Assembly: GCA_005885035.1 (NCBI GenBank)
Contig: VAXZ01000111.1
Location: 1,603-65,602, forward strand
Direction of reading: 5' to 3'
DNA length: 64,000 nt
Origin: Actinomycetota bacterium
Lineage (GTDB): Bacteria; Actinomycetota; UBA4738; HRBIN12
Shown: positions 9,717-20,199 of the stretch, one piece after another
Layout: every line of letters starts with the position of its first letter
How positions within the stretch are numbered: the stretch's first letter is position 1
Position numbers and translations under genes: made by a program
The notes under the pieces: generated by a model
Seen by the model: the letters and a program-made list of their open reading frames with translations, nothing else
Database searches by the model: none
Told to the model about the DNA's origin: nothing

Positions 9717-9821
9717 CTGATGAACGCCGTACCTGGGCTACGGTCCGCGGTGCAGGGCGGATCATGCCGCCCTCGTCGACGCGCAAGAAGCGGCCAGCCG
9801 AGGGCGCGAACGTAGCCTCGG

Positions 9822-9839
9822 TACATCGGTTGCGTGATG
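9822..9839 (+). promoter_or_regulatory. Shared 18-nt motif TACAYCGGTTGCGTGATG, copy 1, in a divergent intergenic region
   Basis: 17/18 identity with 12393..12410. Lies between the divergent genes 8919..9716(-) and 10060..11439(+). Confidence 0.4.
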
Positions 9840-10059
9840 GGAACGCCGCACGCACCAGCGTCGCTCGCGTCTTAGGCGCGTCCTGAAAGAAAGATGGTGG
9901 CCGACGGGTCGCATCGGCTCGGTACGTTTCTTACGGCGAAACGCGCATGCGCTGGAAGGGACCGGACCGCCACACTCGGTTCTCCAGACCGCGGAGGGGC
10001 GAATGGAGAGCGCGATCACCGGGACCGTGCTTCGTGCACCGTGCGGCGGAGCCTAGAGG

Positions 10060-11439
10060 ATGGCTGTTCGCGAACCCCTCGTGGTTCTCCCCACGCCTCG
10101 CGTGTTGCGGTTCCGCCCTCCTCTTTCGAGTCTCATCCCCGTCACGGACGCGCTTGCCCTCGGGATCGTGTACGTCCTCGTGGGGTTCCACCCCGTCGCG
10201 ATCGTGTTCGCCGTGCTCACGTTCCTGATCCTCAACAGCGACTCATCTCGGATCTTCCGGGTCAACCCCCGTCTCGGCGACGACGCAGCCTGGTTGCTGG
10301 GTCGCGTGGCCGTCTCCCTCCTGTTGCTGATGTCGGTGGTGGCGGTCGCCAAGCTCCCGCTCGACATCCGCGCGCACCTGAGCAACCTCACGGTGATCGC
10401 GCCACTCTCCGCGATCGCCGTGATCATCGGCCGGGCGGCCGCGTACGCGTTGGGTCGGGCGGCGAAAGGTCGAGGCGTCGCCTCCGAGCGAACCCTGATC
10501 GTCGGAGAAGGCGAACTGGCGATCGGGCTCGCGAAGACCCTGCTGGACCATCAGGAGTTCGGGTTGCGGCCCGTCGGGTTCCTGGGCCGATCGCAGGATG
10601 GGTCCGCGGTCCTCCCCTTCCTCGGTGAGTGCGCGGAACTCGATCACGTCGTTCACCAGCATTCGGTGAGTCGAGTGCTCATCGCATTCGGCGATACCGA
10701 CGACAAGGATCTCGCGACCGTCCTTCGCGCCAGCGAGCGGACGCCCGCGGAGATCCACGTCGTTCCGCGATTCTTCGAACTGAGCGGGATCCCCCAGGGG
10801 GCCGCCGTTGACGACGTCTGCGGCATCCCGCTGTTCCACCTCCGCCGGCCGGCGCTCCGTGCGGCGGCACGGGTGGAGAAGCGGGCCTTCGACCTCGTTG
10901 GATCCACGCTCCTGCTCCTGCTCACCGCGCCGCTCCTCGCGATCGCCGCCCTCGCCGTCCGCTTGTCGAGCCCGGGTCCGATCCTGTTCCGGCAGAAGCG
11001 GGTCGGCCTCAACGGTCAGGTCTTCGAGATCGTCAAGTTCCGGACGATGCGCGAGAATGACGACTCCGACACGGCATGGTTCTCGGGCGACGACGATCGG
11101 GTGACCAGAGCCGGGCGCATCCTCCGGATGACGAGCATCGATGAGCTGCCGCAGCTGTTGAACGTGCTTCGGGGAGAGATGTCACTCGTCGGTCCCCGAC
11201 CGGAGCGACCCCACTACACGGACCAGTTCGCGGCCACCGTGTCCCGCTACGACGACCGACACCGGGTGCTCGGTGGGATCACCGGGTGGGCACAGATCCA
11301 TGGTCGATCGCGTGGCTTGGACGCCGTGCCGGAACGCGCACGCCTGGACAACTACTACATCGAGAACTGGTCGGTCTGGCGGGACCTCGTGATCATCGTC
11401 CGGACGGTCGCCGTGCTGCTGCGCGGCGACGACGGCTAA
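10060..11439 (+). CDS. Polyprenyl-phosphate glycosyl-1-phosphate transferase (WbaP/exopolysaccharide 'sugar transferase' family)
   Basis: N-terminal TM region. C-terminal catalytic domain with KRAFDLVGS...[19 protein letters not shown]...[24 protein letters not shown]. Confidence 0.9.
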   Translation: MAVREPLVVLPTPRVLRFRPPLSSLIPVTDALALGIVYVLVGFHPVAIVFAVLTFLILNSDSSRIFRVNPRLGDDAAWLLGRVAVSLLLLMSVVAVAKLPLDIRAHLSNLTVIAPLSAIAVIIGRAAAYALGRAAKGRGVASERTLIVGEGELAIGLAKTLLDHQEFGLRPVGFLGRSQDGSAVLPFLGECAELDHVVHQHSVSRVLIAFGDTDDKDLATVLRASERTPAEIHVVPRFFELSGIPQGAAVDDVCGIPLFHLRRPALRAAARVEKRAFDLVGSTLLLLLTAPLLAIAALAVRLSSPGPILFRQKRVGLNGQVFEIVKFRTMRENDDSDTAWFSGDDDRVTRAGRILRMTSIDELPQLLNVLRGEMSLVGPRPERPHYTDQFAATVSRYDDRHRVLGGITGWAQIHGRSRGLDAVPERARLDNYYIENWSVWRDLVIIVRTVAVLLRGDDG

Positions 11440-12095
11440 GCGGTCGGCGTTCCGTCCGAGGAGAGGTAGCCAAGGCCTCTCAACGCTTCATCGATCCGGC
11501 AGGACCCGAACTCCGTGACGAGGCGCCGGAGGTCGCGCCGCGTCCGACCTCGCCCCGTGTAGGCGCGGAACCGGAGGGTCCTCGGCATGCCCGCGGGGGG
11601 GATCTCGTCCGGGTCCAGCTCCCAGGGGTGGAAATAGAACGTGAACCATGGGTTGGAGCGCAGGTGCTTCGCTACGCCCCAACGGAACACCGGATAGGGG
11701 ATCAAGCGGAAGTACGCGCCGCCGGCCCACGGGACGTGGATCGTCGCGATCGGGACGCGGGTCATCTGGATCTCCAACAGGCCGGGCCGGATCTCCGTGA
11801 CGGTCGCCCCTGGTGGGACCGTTGCCGAGATCTGCCCGTACCGATCGTGTTGCGTGAATCCGAAGTAACTGGAGTCGTACCGGTATCCGGCCTCAGCGAC
11901 CAGATCAAGGACGAGATCGCTCACGGAGAAGTTGGGTGCACGGACACCGAGAACCTCGGAGCCCGCTACCTGTTCGAGGCGGTCCTTCGACCGGCCGAGC
12001 TCCTCCTTGATCTCATCGGGGGTCAGCTGGTTCAGGTTCCGGTGCAGATAGGTATGACTGGCGATCTCGTGTCCATCGTCCACGATCCGCTGCAC
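11436..12095 (-). CDS. Polysaccharide deacetylase (NodB, EPS/PEP-CTERM-locus subtype), N-terminally disrupted
   Basis: HEIASHTYLH (NodB motif 2). The frame stays open upstream to 12266 and encodes DWFHAENV..TFFVLGWVAERYP, but it is closed by an in-frame TAG at 12267..12269 with no start codon. First usable start is GTG at 12095. Confidence 0.6.
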   Translation of the reverse strand: MQRIVDDGHEIASHTYLHRNLNQLTPDEIKEELGRSKDRLEQVAGSEVLGVRAPNFSVSDLVLDLVAEAGYRYDSSYFGFTQHDRYGQISATVPPGATVTEIRPGLLEIQMTRVPIATIHVPWAGGAYFRLIPYPVFRWGVAKHLRSNPWFTFYFHPWELDPDEIPPAGMPRTLRFRAYTGRGRTRRDLRRLVTEFGSCRIDEALRGLGYLSSDGTPTA

Positions 12096-12392
12096 GACCG
12101 CGGGGTAGCGTTCCGCGACCCACCCGAGGACGAAGAACGTCGATCGGACCCGGGCGGCTGCAAGGATATCCAGGAGCTCGTGAACGTTCGGTTCGAGCCT
12201 CGACTCCAGCCGGTCCCAATCATGCGTTGGCAGGCTCGCCCGGACGTTCTCGGCGTGGAACCAGTCCTAGCCTAGGGGACCCCTGGTTCGATGCCACCCG
12301 CGTCCACCATGCTCGAGTTCAAGCCGATGGACGGGGGGTTCAAGGGCGAAACGTGGCCTGCTGACCTGCCCCGCGAGATCGCGTACGTCGTC

Positions 12393-12410
12393 TACACCGG
12401 TTGCGTGATG
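12393..12410 (+). promoter_or_regulatory. Shared 18-nt motif TACAYCGGTTGCGTGATG, copy 2
   Basis: Lies between the divergent deacetylase gene (-) and the metallophosphoesterase gene (+). Confidence 0.4.
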
Positions 12411-12568
12411 TCGCACCTACGGTCTCGGACCTAGGGTGCAGTGAACGATCGCGCGCCGCCGCGCGAGCTTCCCTTGCGTCTGCACCCTTGAGTGGCGGCG
12501 AGACATGGGGGAGTCGTCGTGGAGCAGCCATCAGGAGCCAAGTGGGTCTCAACCTGTTGGGACGCATC

Positions 12569-13868
12569 ATGATCGTGTCACCGCGGAAGCCGCTCGAATG
12601 GGTGGTTGTCTTCTCATTGCTCGTGGCCGCAACCGTCCTGGTTCCCGTCACCGCCGAGGCCTCCAGCAACTGCGGCACCTCGAGCGGCCACAACCTTTGC
12701 CTCTCGGCTGCTGACACCCTGACCGGTGAACAGACCGTCACCGTCACGAACTCGCCCAACAACGGCGTCGTGTTCGCGACGTGGGTCCCGTCGGGCGGGA
12801 AAGCCCTGCAACTCATAGAGATCGATGCGCCCTCCCCGGCCACGACCGACTATTCCTTCGTGTGGCCGACCCAGAAATACCTGGACGGCTCGGGCACCCT
12901 GTCCCTACAGGCAGGTTCGATCGGCTCGGCGGCCGTCATGATCGCCGTCACCCTGAGCAATGGCAACACAACGGACTTCCAACACAGCCCGAAGGACTGG
13001 ATGAACTCCCTACCCGGATCGTGGACGGGGCCGGAGGATCCGACGATCCTCGCGGTCGGGGACGGCCCGTCGAACGAGGTGACGTCCAACGCCGTCGCCA
13101 GCCGGATCGCCGCACTCGATCCACCGTTGTTCCTGTTCCTCGGCGATGTCTATGAGACGGGCACGTTTACAGAGTTCCGGAACCATTACGGGGCTTCTGA
13201 GCTCGACACGCCTGGGGCGGGGACGCTCTGGGGAGAGACCGCCGACATCACGCAGCCCACCCTCGGGAATCACGAGAAGCCCAACTCAGCGGCCTTCATC
13301 GACTACTGGCACGGGAGGCCGCTCTTCACGAGCTTCACGTTCGGCGGGACCCTGTTCCTTGACATGAACTCAAGCGCGTCGATGAGCGCGACCAGCGCGC
13401 AGTACCAGTTCGTCAAGAGCGCGGTCACCAACCCTTCAGCCCCGAACTGCATCGTCGCCTTCTGGCATATCCCCGCCGTTGTAACGAACACGTCGGTGAC
13501 GGCCGGTCAGACAGCCATGTGGGCGCTGCTCGCGAACAACGGCGTCGATCTACTGGTGACCGGGCACCAGCACAAGATGGTGGAGTTCAACCCGCTCGAC
13601 GCCGATCTCAACCCCACGCCGCAGGCCCACCTGGTGCAGCTGGTCTCCGGAGCGGGGGGGCACAAGCTCGCCGGGCCGACCTCCGTCGGAGCACGCGTCG
13701 CGTGGTCGAAGGGGGGCACGGCGGGATTGCTCTCGCTGTCGCTCGCCGGAGCAGCCGGGGGGAACGCTGCAACGAGTATCGGCTGGCAGTTCCAGACCGT
13801 AAGCGGGAGCGATCTCCATGATGGATCGGTCGACTGTGGCTCCGTCGCGAACCACGCCCCGGTCGTGA
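12569..13868 (+). CDS. Secreted calcineurin-like metallophosphoesterase (3' end frameshifted)
   Basis: ATG at 12569 (aa 57 of ORF 12401..14590) followed by a signal peptide MIVSPRKPLEWVVVFSLLVAATVLVPVTAEA. Phosphoesterase motifs LFLGDVYETG, TLGNHE and VTGHQHK. The rest of the ORF track's 729-aa read-through is low-complexity Arg/Gly out-of-frame sequence. Confidence 0.7.
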
Positions 13869-13892
13869 ACTCCGAGCTCCCCCACGACGTCC

Positions 13893-14525
13893 GTGTCCTT
13901 CGACACCGCCGGGACGTACGTCCTGCGGCTCACCGGAGACGACAGCGCGCTCCAGTCCTCGGACGACGTCACGGTGACGGTGTTACCGGAAGGGGTGGCC
14001 ACGCTCACGGTGCCCATCGGCGCGAGTTCGGACGACGCCGAAGAGTCATCCGTCGACGGATCGGTCGCGCTGGGGAACCCAGCCCTCAAGATCGTGAACC
14101 GCGCCGGTGTGAACCAGACCGTGGGGCTACGGTTCGCCGGATTGTCGATCCCGCAGGGCGCGACCATCCAGAATGCCTACATCCAGTTCCAGTGCAGGGT
14201 GCAGACCACCGCGGCTGCGTCGCTCTTGATCGAGGGGCAGGCAGCGGACAACCCAAGTACGTTCGCGAGGATCACGAACAACATCTCCTCCCGTGCTCGA
14301 ACGTCGGCCGACGTCGGGTGGGTCCCGGCGCCGTGGGGAACGGTCGGAGCACAGGGTCCCGATCAACAGACGCCGGATCTCACCAGCGTCATGCAAGAGA
14401 TCGTCAACCGCGGAGGATGGGGCCCCGGCGATCCCATGGTCTTCATCATCACCGGCACGGGAGTCCGCACGGCGGAAGCCTTCGACGGCCTGTTCGCGCC
14501 CGTCCTTCACGTGACGTACGCGTAG
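13893..14525 (+). CDS. C-terminal beta-rich domains of the metallophosphoesterase, encoded in the +1 frame
   Basis: Frame opens right after TGA at 13866..13868. SFDTAGTYVLRLTGDDSALQSSDDVTVTV is Ig/PKD-like, followed by a domain with IPQGATIQNAYIQFQ. Confidence 0.5.
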   Translation: MSFDTAGTYVLRLTGDDSALQSSDDVTVTVLPEGVATLTVPIGASSDDAEESSVDGSVALGNPALKIVNRAGVNQTVGLRFAGLSIPQGATIQNAYIQFQCRVQTTAAASLLIEGQAADNPSTFARITNNISSRARTSADVGWVPAPWGTVGAQGPDQQTPDLTSVMQEIVNRGGWGPGDPMVFIITGTGVRTAEAFDGLFAPVLHVTYA

Positions 14526-14586
14526 GTCCGCGGACGGGCATCGCCTCGTTCCGGCGTTGCCGGTTGGCACTCGCCTGGCTATCCTG

Positions 14587-14613
14587 TTAGCACTCAAGGC
14601 CTAGGAGTGCTAA
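14587..14613 (+). promoter_or_regulatory. CIRCE operator (HrcA-binding inverted repeat) upstream of groES
   Basis: TTAGCACTC-AAGGCCTAG-GAGTGCTAA is a perfect 9-N9-9 match to the CIRCE consensus, 53 nt upstream of groES. Confidence 0.9.
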
Positions 14614-14665
14614 TGGCTCCTCGGGCCCGGACGGTAGGGAAGACCGAAGGAGGAGGTAGTCGAGG

Positions 14666-16593
<1,928 letters not shown>

Positions 16594-16618
16594 GACCGGG
16601 CCGGACGAGAACGACCAC

Positions 16619-16644
16619 GAGGGCGGGGCGCGAGCCCCGCCCTC
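16619..16644 (+). terminator. Stem-loop terminator downstream of groEL
   Basis: GAGGGCGGGGC-GCGA-GCCCCGCCCTC, perfect 11-bp stem, 26 nt after the groEL stop. Confidence 0.55.
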
Positions 16645-16674
16645 GTCCTCTGTCGGCCCCTTGAGCGGGAGCTC

Positions 16675-17754
16675 ATGCATACACTCGTGCCCGTGTTCGA
16701 GGACCTGCTCGCGGGCTGGGACGGCGAGGAGATCGTCACCCGCTACGACGGCCCGACCGAGACCTGGATGTTCGTCGGGGTGCATTCGACCGTGCTCGGA
16801 CCCGCGATGGGCGGCACCCGGATGAAGGCCTACTCGGCTCCGGGAGACGGTCTCGGCGACGTCCTTCGCCTCTCCCAGGCGATGACCTTCAAGCAAGCGG
16901 CCGCGCATCTTCCCTACGGAGGCGGCAAGGCCGTCCTGGCCGTCCCGAACGTGCCTCCCCCCGGGTCGTCGGCCCGACGCGAGATCCTGCTCCGGTACGC
17001 GGCACTCGTCGATTCGCTCCACGGGACGTACGTGACGGCGGCGGACATGAACACCGGCGCACCTGATATGGACGTGATCGGCGAGCGGACGAACCACGTG
17101 CTCGGACGCTCGAGGGACCGGGGGGGTTCGGGCGATCCCGCACCGGGCACGGCCTTGGGGGTGTTCCACGGGATCCGATCGGCGTGGCGCCACGTCAGCG
17201 GTTCTGCGGAGCTGGATGGCGTCGTCGTCCTGGTGCAGGGTGTTGGCTCGGTTGGCGACCGCCTCGCCGATCATCTCGGCGAGGCGGGCGCTCACCTACT
17301 CCTCGCCGATGTCGATGAAGGGCGTGCCGAGAAGACGGCCGAGCGCGTCGGCGGCACGGTCATCCAGCCGGACTCGGTCATCGCGACGGCCTGTGACGTC
17401 TTCGCGCCGTGCGCGGCCGGTGCGGTCCTCACGGCGGCGACGATCCCGCGGCTGGCGTGTCGCGTCGTGGCTGGAGCGGCGAACAATCAGCTCGGCAGTG
17501 GTGAGGATGCCGCGCTGCTTGCGCAGCGCGGCATCCTCTACGCCCCCGATTACGTGATCAACGCGGGTGGCGTGATCCACCTGGCGGGCTACGAGACGCT
17601 CGGATGGGACGAGGCCATGATGCGGGCGCGCCTGGCGGGGATAGGCGAGACCCTTGCCGGGATCTTCGCAACGGCGGACGCGGAGGGGATCACCACCGCC
17701 GAAGCCGCCGACCGGCTTGCCCTGGCGCGTCTCGCCGCGGGCGATCCCGGTTGA
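16675..17754 (+). CDS. Leucine/valine (Glu/Leu/Phe/Val family) amino-acid dehydrogenase
   Basis: GGTRM...K motif region. GVGSVG Rossmann motif. 359 aa. Confidence 0.85.
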   Translation: MHTLVPVFEDLLAGWDGEEIVTRYDGPTETWMFVGVHSTVLGPAMGGTRMKAYSAPGDGLGDVLRLSQAMTFKQAAAHLPYGGGKAVLAVPNVPPPGSSARREILLRYAALVDSLHGTYVTAADMNTGAPDMDVIGERTNHVLGRSRDRGGSGDPAPGTALGVFHGIRSAWRHVSGSAELDGVVVLVQGVGSVGDRLADHLGEAGAHLLLADVDEGRAEKTAERVGGTVIQPDSVIATACDVFAPCAAGAVLTAATIPRLACRVVAGAANNQLGSGEDAALLAQRGILYAPDYVINAGGVIHLAGYETLGWDEAMMRARLAGIGETLAGIFATADAEGITTAEAADRLALARLAAGDPG

Positions 17755-17782
17755 GGGCCGAGATGGTCGGTGGCCGCTCCGG

Positions 17783-18628
17783 TTACGACAGGACGCGCTT
17801 GCGGAATCCGTCGATCCCGAGCGCCAGGAACAGCGCGGTGAACCCGATCAACCCCCCGTAGACCGCCACGTAGGGCATGTGCGGCACCTGGGGCGTCAAG
17901 GAGATCCGCATCCCTTCGCTCATGTACACGAGCGGATTGAGCAGGACCACGGCCTTGAGCCACGGGATCGGGGTGAGGGTCGCCCAGGGGTAGTAGGTGG
18001 CTCCGAGGAACACGATGGGGATCACCACGATCCCGAACAAGAGCGGCACCTGTCGCGGTTGCACGCGGGTGCCGAGGACCAGCCCCAAGGAAGAGGCGGT
18101 CCCCGCAGCGAGGGGAAGCAACGTGAACAGCAGCAAAGGCCGAACATCCAGATGGACGGGAGTGGCCGGGACGAACATCGCGAGCGGGAACACGATGGCT
18201 GCGGCGATCAGACCCTGAAGCGCCCCTGCCACCACCTTCTCCACCGCGACGCTCCAGACGGGGAGCGGGGCCATCACCCGGTCCTCGATCTCCCTGCTGT
18301 AGCCGAATTCCTGAACGAGGGGCAGCGCGACCGACTGGATGCCCTGGAAGATGCAGGCGATCGCGACCACGCCGGGGACCAGGATGCTCGAGAACGCGGC
18401 GGCTCCCGCGGCTCCGCCGACGCCCTGACCGATCTTGGGGAACACGTACGCGAACACGAAAACGAACAGGAGTGGCTGCATCACGGTCCGCGCGATGAAC
18501 TGGACGAACTCCTTTCGGAGCACCGACAGATCGCGAAGCAGGAGGGCGCCGAACGCGACCGTCGGCGTGCTGCTGAAGGCCCCCGTCGCCGGAAGGCCCT
18601 CGACCACCGTGGTCGTCGTTCCGTTCAT
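17783..18628 (-). CDS. ABC-2 type transporter permease
   Basis: 6-TM ABC-2 permease. Start overlaps the ATPase gene stop. Confidence 0.8.
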   Translation of the reverse strand: MNGTTTTVVEGLPATGAFSSTPTVAFGALLLRDLSVLRKEFVQFIARTVMQPLLFVFVFAYVFPKIGQGVGGAAGAAAFSSILVPGVVAIACIFQGIQSVALPLVQEFGYSREIEDRVMAPLPVWSVAVEKVVAGALQGLIAAAIVFPLAMFVPATPVHLDVRPLLLFTLLPLAAGTASSLGLVLGTRVQPRQVPLLFGIVVIPIVFLGATYYPWATLTPIPWLKAVVLLNPLVYMSEGMRISLTPQVPHMPYVAVYGGLIGFTALFLALGIDGFRKRVLS

Positions 18629-19614
18629 TCGCGTAGATCCTTCCCGGTGAGATTGATGAAGACGGTCTCGAGGGTGGGCTCGTCGAGCGACACGTCGTGC
18701 ACGGGGAACCCGCCGGCCTCGGCCGCCTGGATCACGCGCGGCAGGACGCCGGCGGAGCCGCGGACGGTCAGCTGGACCGTTCCACCCAGGACGGCGGTCC
18801 CGGTGACCCCTTCCAGGTCGCGAAGGTGGGCCCCGAGGCGCTCGGGTTGCTCACCCGCCTGGACCCGGACGATCGCGTCGCCGCCGACCGTCCGCTTGAG
18901 ACCCGCCGGCGTGTCGAGCGCCAGGATCCGGCCGTGGTCCATGATCGCGACCCGCTGGCAGAGCTTGTCGGCCTCCTCCATGAAATGGGTGGTCAGCACG
19001 ATCGTCTGGCCCTCTCGGTGGATCTGACCGAGGATCTCCCACAGAGCCAGCCGGGATTGGGGGTCGAGCCCGGACGTCGGTTCGTCCAGGAACAGGACAT
19101 CGGGGCGGTGGGCCACGGCTCGGGCGAACAGCAGACGCTGCGCCATCCCACCGGACAGGGTCGAGACGTCGGCGTCGGCCCGGTCGGACAACCGGAAGAG
19201 CTCGAGGAGGCCGTCCGCCGTCCGTGCCGCCGCCCGCGCTCCCATGCCGAAGTACCGTCCGTGGAAGTAGAGGTTCTCCCGGACCGTCAGGCTTCGATCG
19301 AGCGTGTTCGTCTGGGAGACCACCCCGACCTTCGCCTTGGCCGACGGCGGGTCCGCGACCACGTCGATGCCGGCGACGATGGCCTTGCCCGAGGTGGGGA
19401 TGACCCGCGTCGTCAGCATCCCCACGGTGGTGGTCTTGCCCGCACCGTTCGGTCCGAGCAGGCCGAAGATCTCGCCGGCGCGGACGTCCAGGTCGAGCGC
19501 GTCGACCGCTTTGACACCGGTGGGGTAGACCTTGGTCAGCTGGGTCGCCCGGATGACGAGCCCATCATCGGCTGCATCGGCCGTCGTGGTCGTGGTTGAA
19601 GGAACGGTATCCAC
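18625..19614 (-). CDS. ABC transporter ATP-binding protein
   Basis: Walker A GLLGPNGAGKTT, signature LSGGMAQRL, Walker B VLFLDEPTSGLD. Confidence 0.9.
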   Translation of the reverse strand: MDTVPSTTTTTADAADDGLVIRATQLTKVYPTGVKAVDALDLDVRAGEIFGLLGPNGAGKTTTVGMLTTRVIPTSGKAIVAGIDVVADPPSAKAKVGVVSQTNTLDRSLTVRENLYFHGRYFGMGARAAARTADGLLELFRLSDRADADVSTLSGGMAQRLLFARAVAHRPDVLFLDEPTSGLDPQSRLALWEILGQIHREGQTIVLTTHFMEEADKLCQRVAIMDHGRILALDTPAGLKRTVGGDAIVRVQAGEQPERLGAHLRDLEGVTGTAVLGGTVQLTVRGSAGVLPRVIQAAEAGGFPVHDVSLDEPTLETVFINLTGKDLRE

Positions 19615-19662
19615 GGGTACCCACGATACGGCGGGTCCGGGGTTCGGACACTCCGGCGCGGA

Positions 19663-20061
19663 TCAGACGATCGGTTTCTCGACGCCGGCTCGAGCGATCC
19701 CGGACACGAGCCCCGCGACGAGCACGATGTTGGTGACGGCGAAGATCCACCAGAACCACGCTGCCGACCCAGCCGGCACCGAGACCATCGCGTGCAGCGT
19801 GGTCACGAGCGCCGTCAGGCCCGACTCGAGGACGAACGCCCACGACCACCACCACGCGTCGTCCAGCCGGCGCGAGATCATCAGCGCCAGCGCCGCCGAG
19901 GACAGGCCGGCGATGCCGCAGACCCGAACGTACGTGTAGTCGGGGTAGGGCACCTGATCGAACCAGGTGACCAGGATCCATCGCGGGCTAACCGCGATCG
20001 CGGTTCCGCACACTCCCCAGACGGCAGCGAACAGCAGAAGCGCGCGTCGCAGGAACGCCAT
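19663..20061 (-). CDS. Small integral membrane protein (132 aa), first gene of the ABC-2 exporter operon
   Basis: MAFLRRALLLFAAVWG...; 4 predicted TM segments. The ORF track's 595-aa extension is antisense to the AlkP gene. Confidence 0.5.
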   Translation of the reverse strand: MAFLRRALLLFAAVWGVCGTAIAVSPRWILVTWFDQVPYPDYTYVRVCGIAGLSSAALALMISRRLDDAWWWSWAFVLESGLTALVTTLHAMVSVPAGSAAWFWWIFAVTNIVLVAGLVSGIARAGVEKPIV

Positions 20062-20199
20062 CCCGGGCCCTTCCTCCTTGCTCGGGCCCGAAGCGGCCCA
20101 AAGTCGCTGGTAGGATACGCGAACCGCGGATGGCTCCTGTCGCACGAGCGCGCCCGCCGTCCGCTCATCGGACCGCGGACCGGAGGGGATACGAGCAAC

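Noticed and set aside
12235-12307. tRNA-like fragment (GGTTCGATG T-loop-like, segment ending ..CCACCA) next to the disrupted deacetylase start
   Set aside because: Acceptor, D and anticodon stems do not pair (5/7 and 3/5 matches only). Not a credible tRNA; at most a remnant.
12401-14590. 729-aa single ORF spanning the phosphoesterase region
   Set aside because: Composite: real from 12569 to about 13868, then out-of-frame Arg/Gly nonsense. The true C-terminal domains are in the +1 frame (13893..14525).
19792-20199. N-terminal extension of the AlkP-family ORF, and the 595-aa minus ORF 19663..21450
   Set aside because: Extensions are low-complexity. Real starts are ATG 20200 (+) and ATG 20061 (-) based on domain onset.
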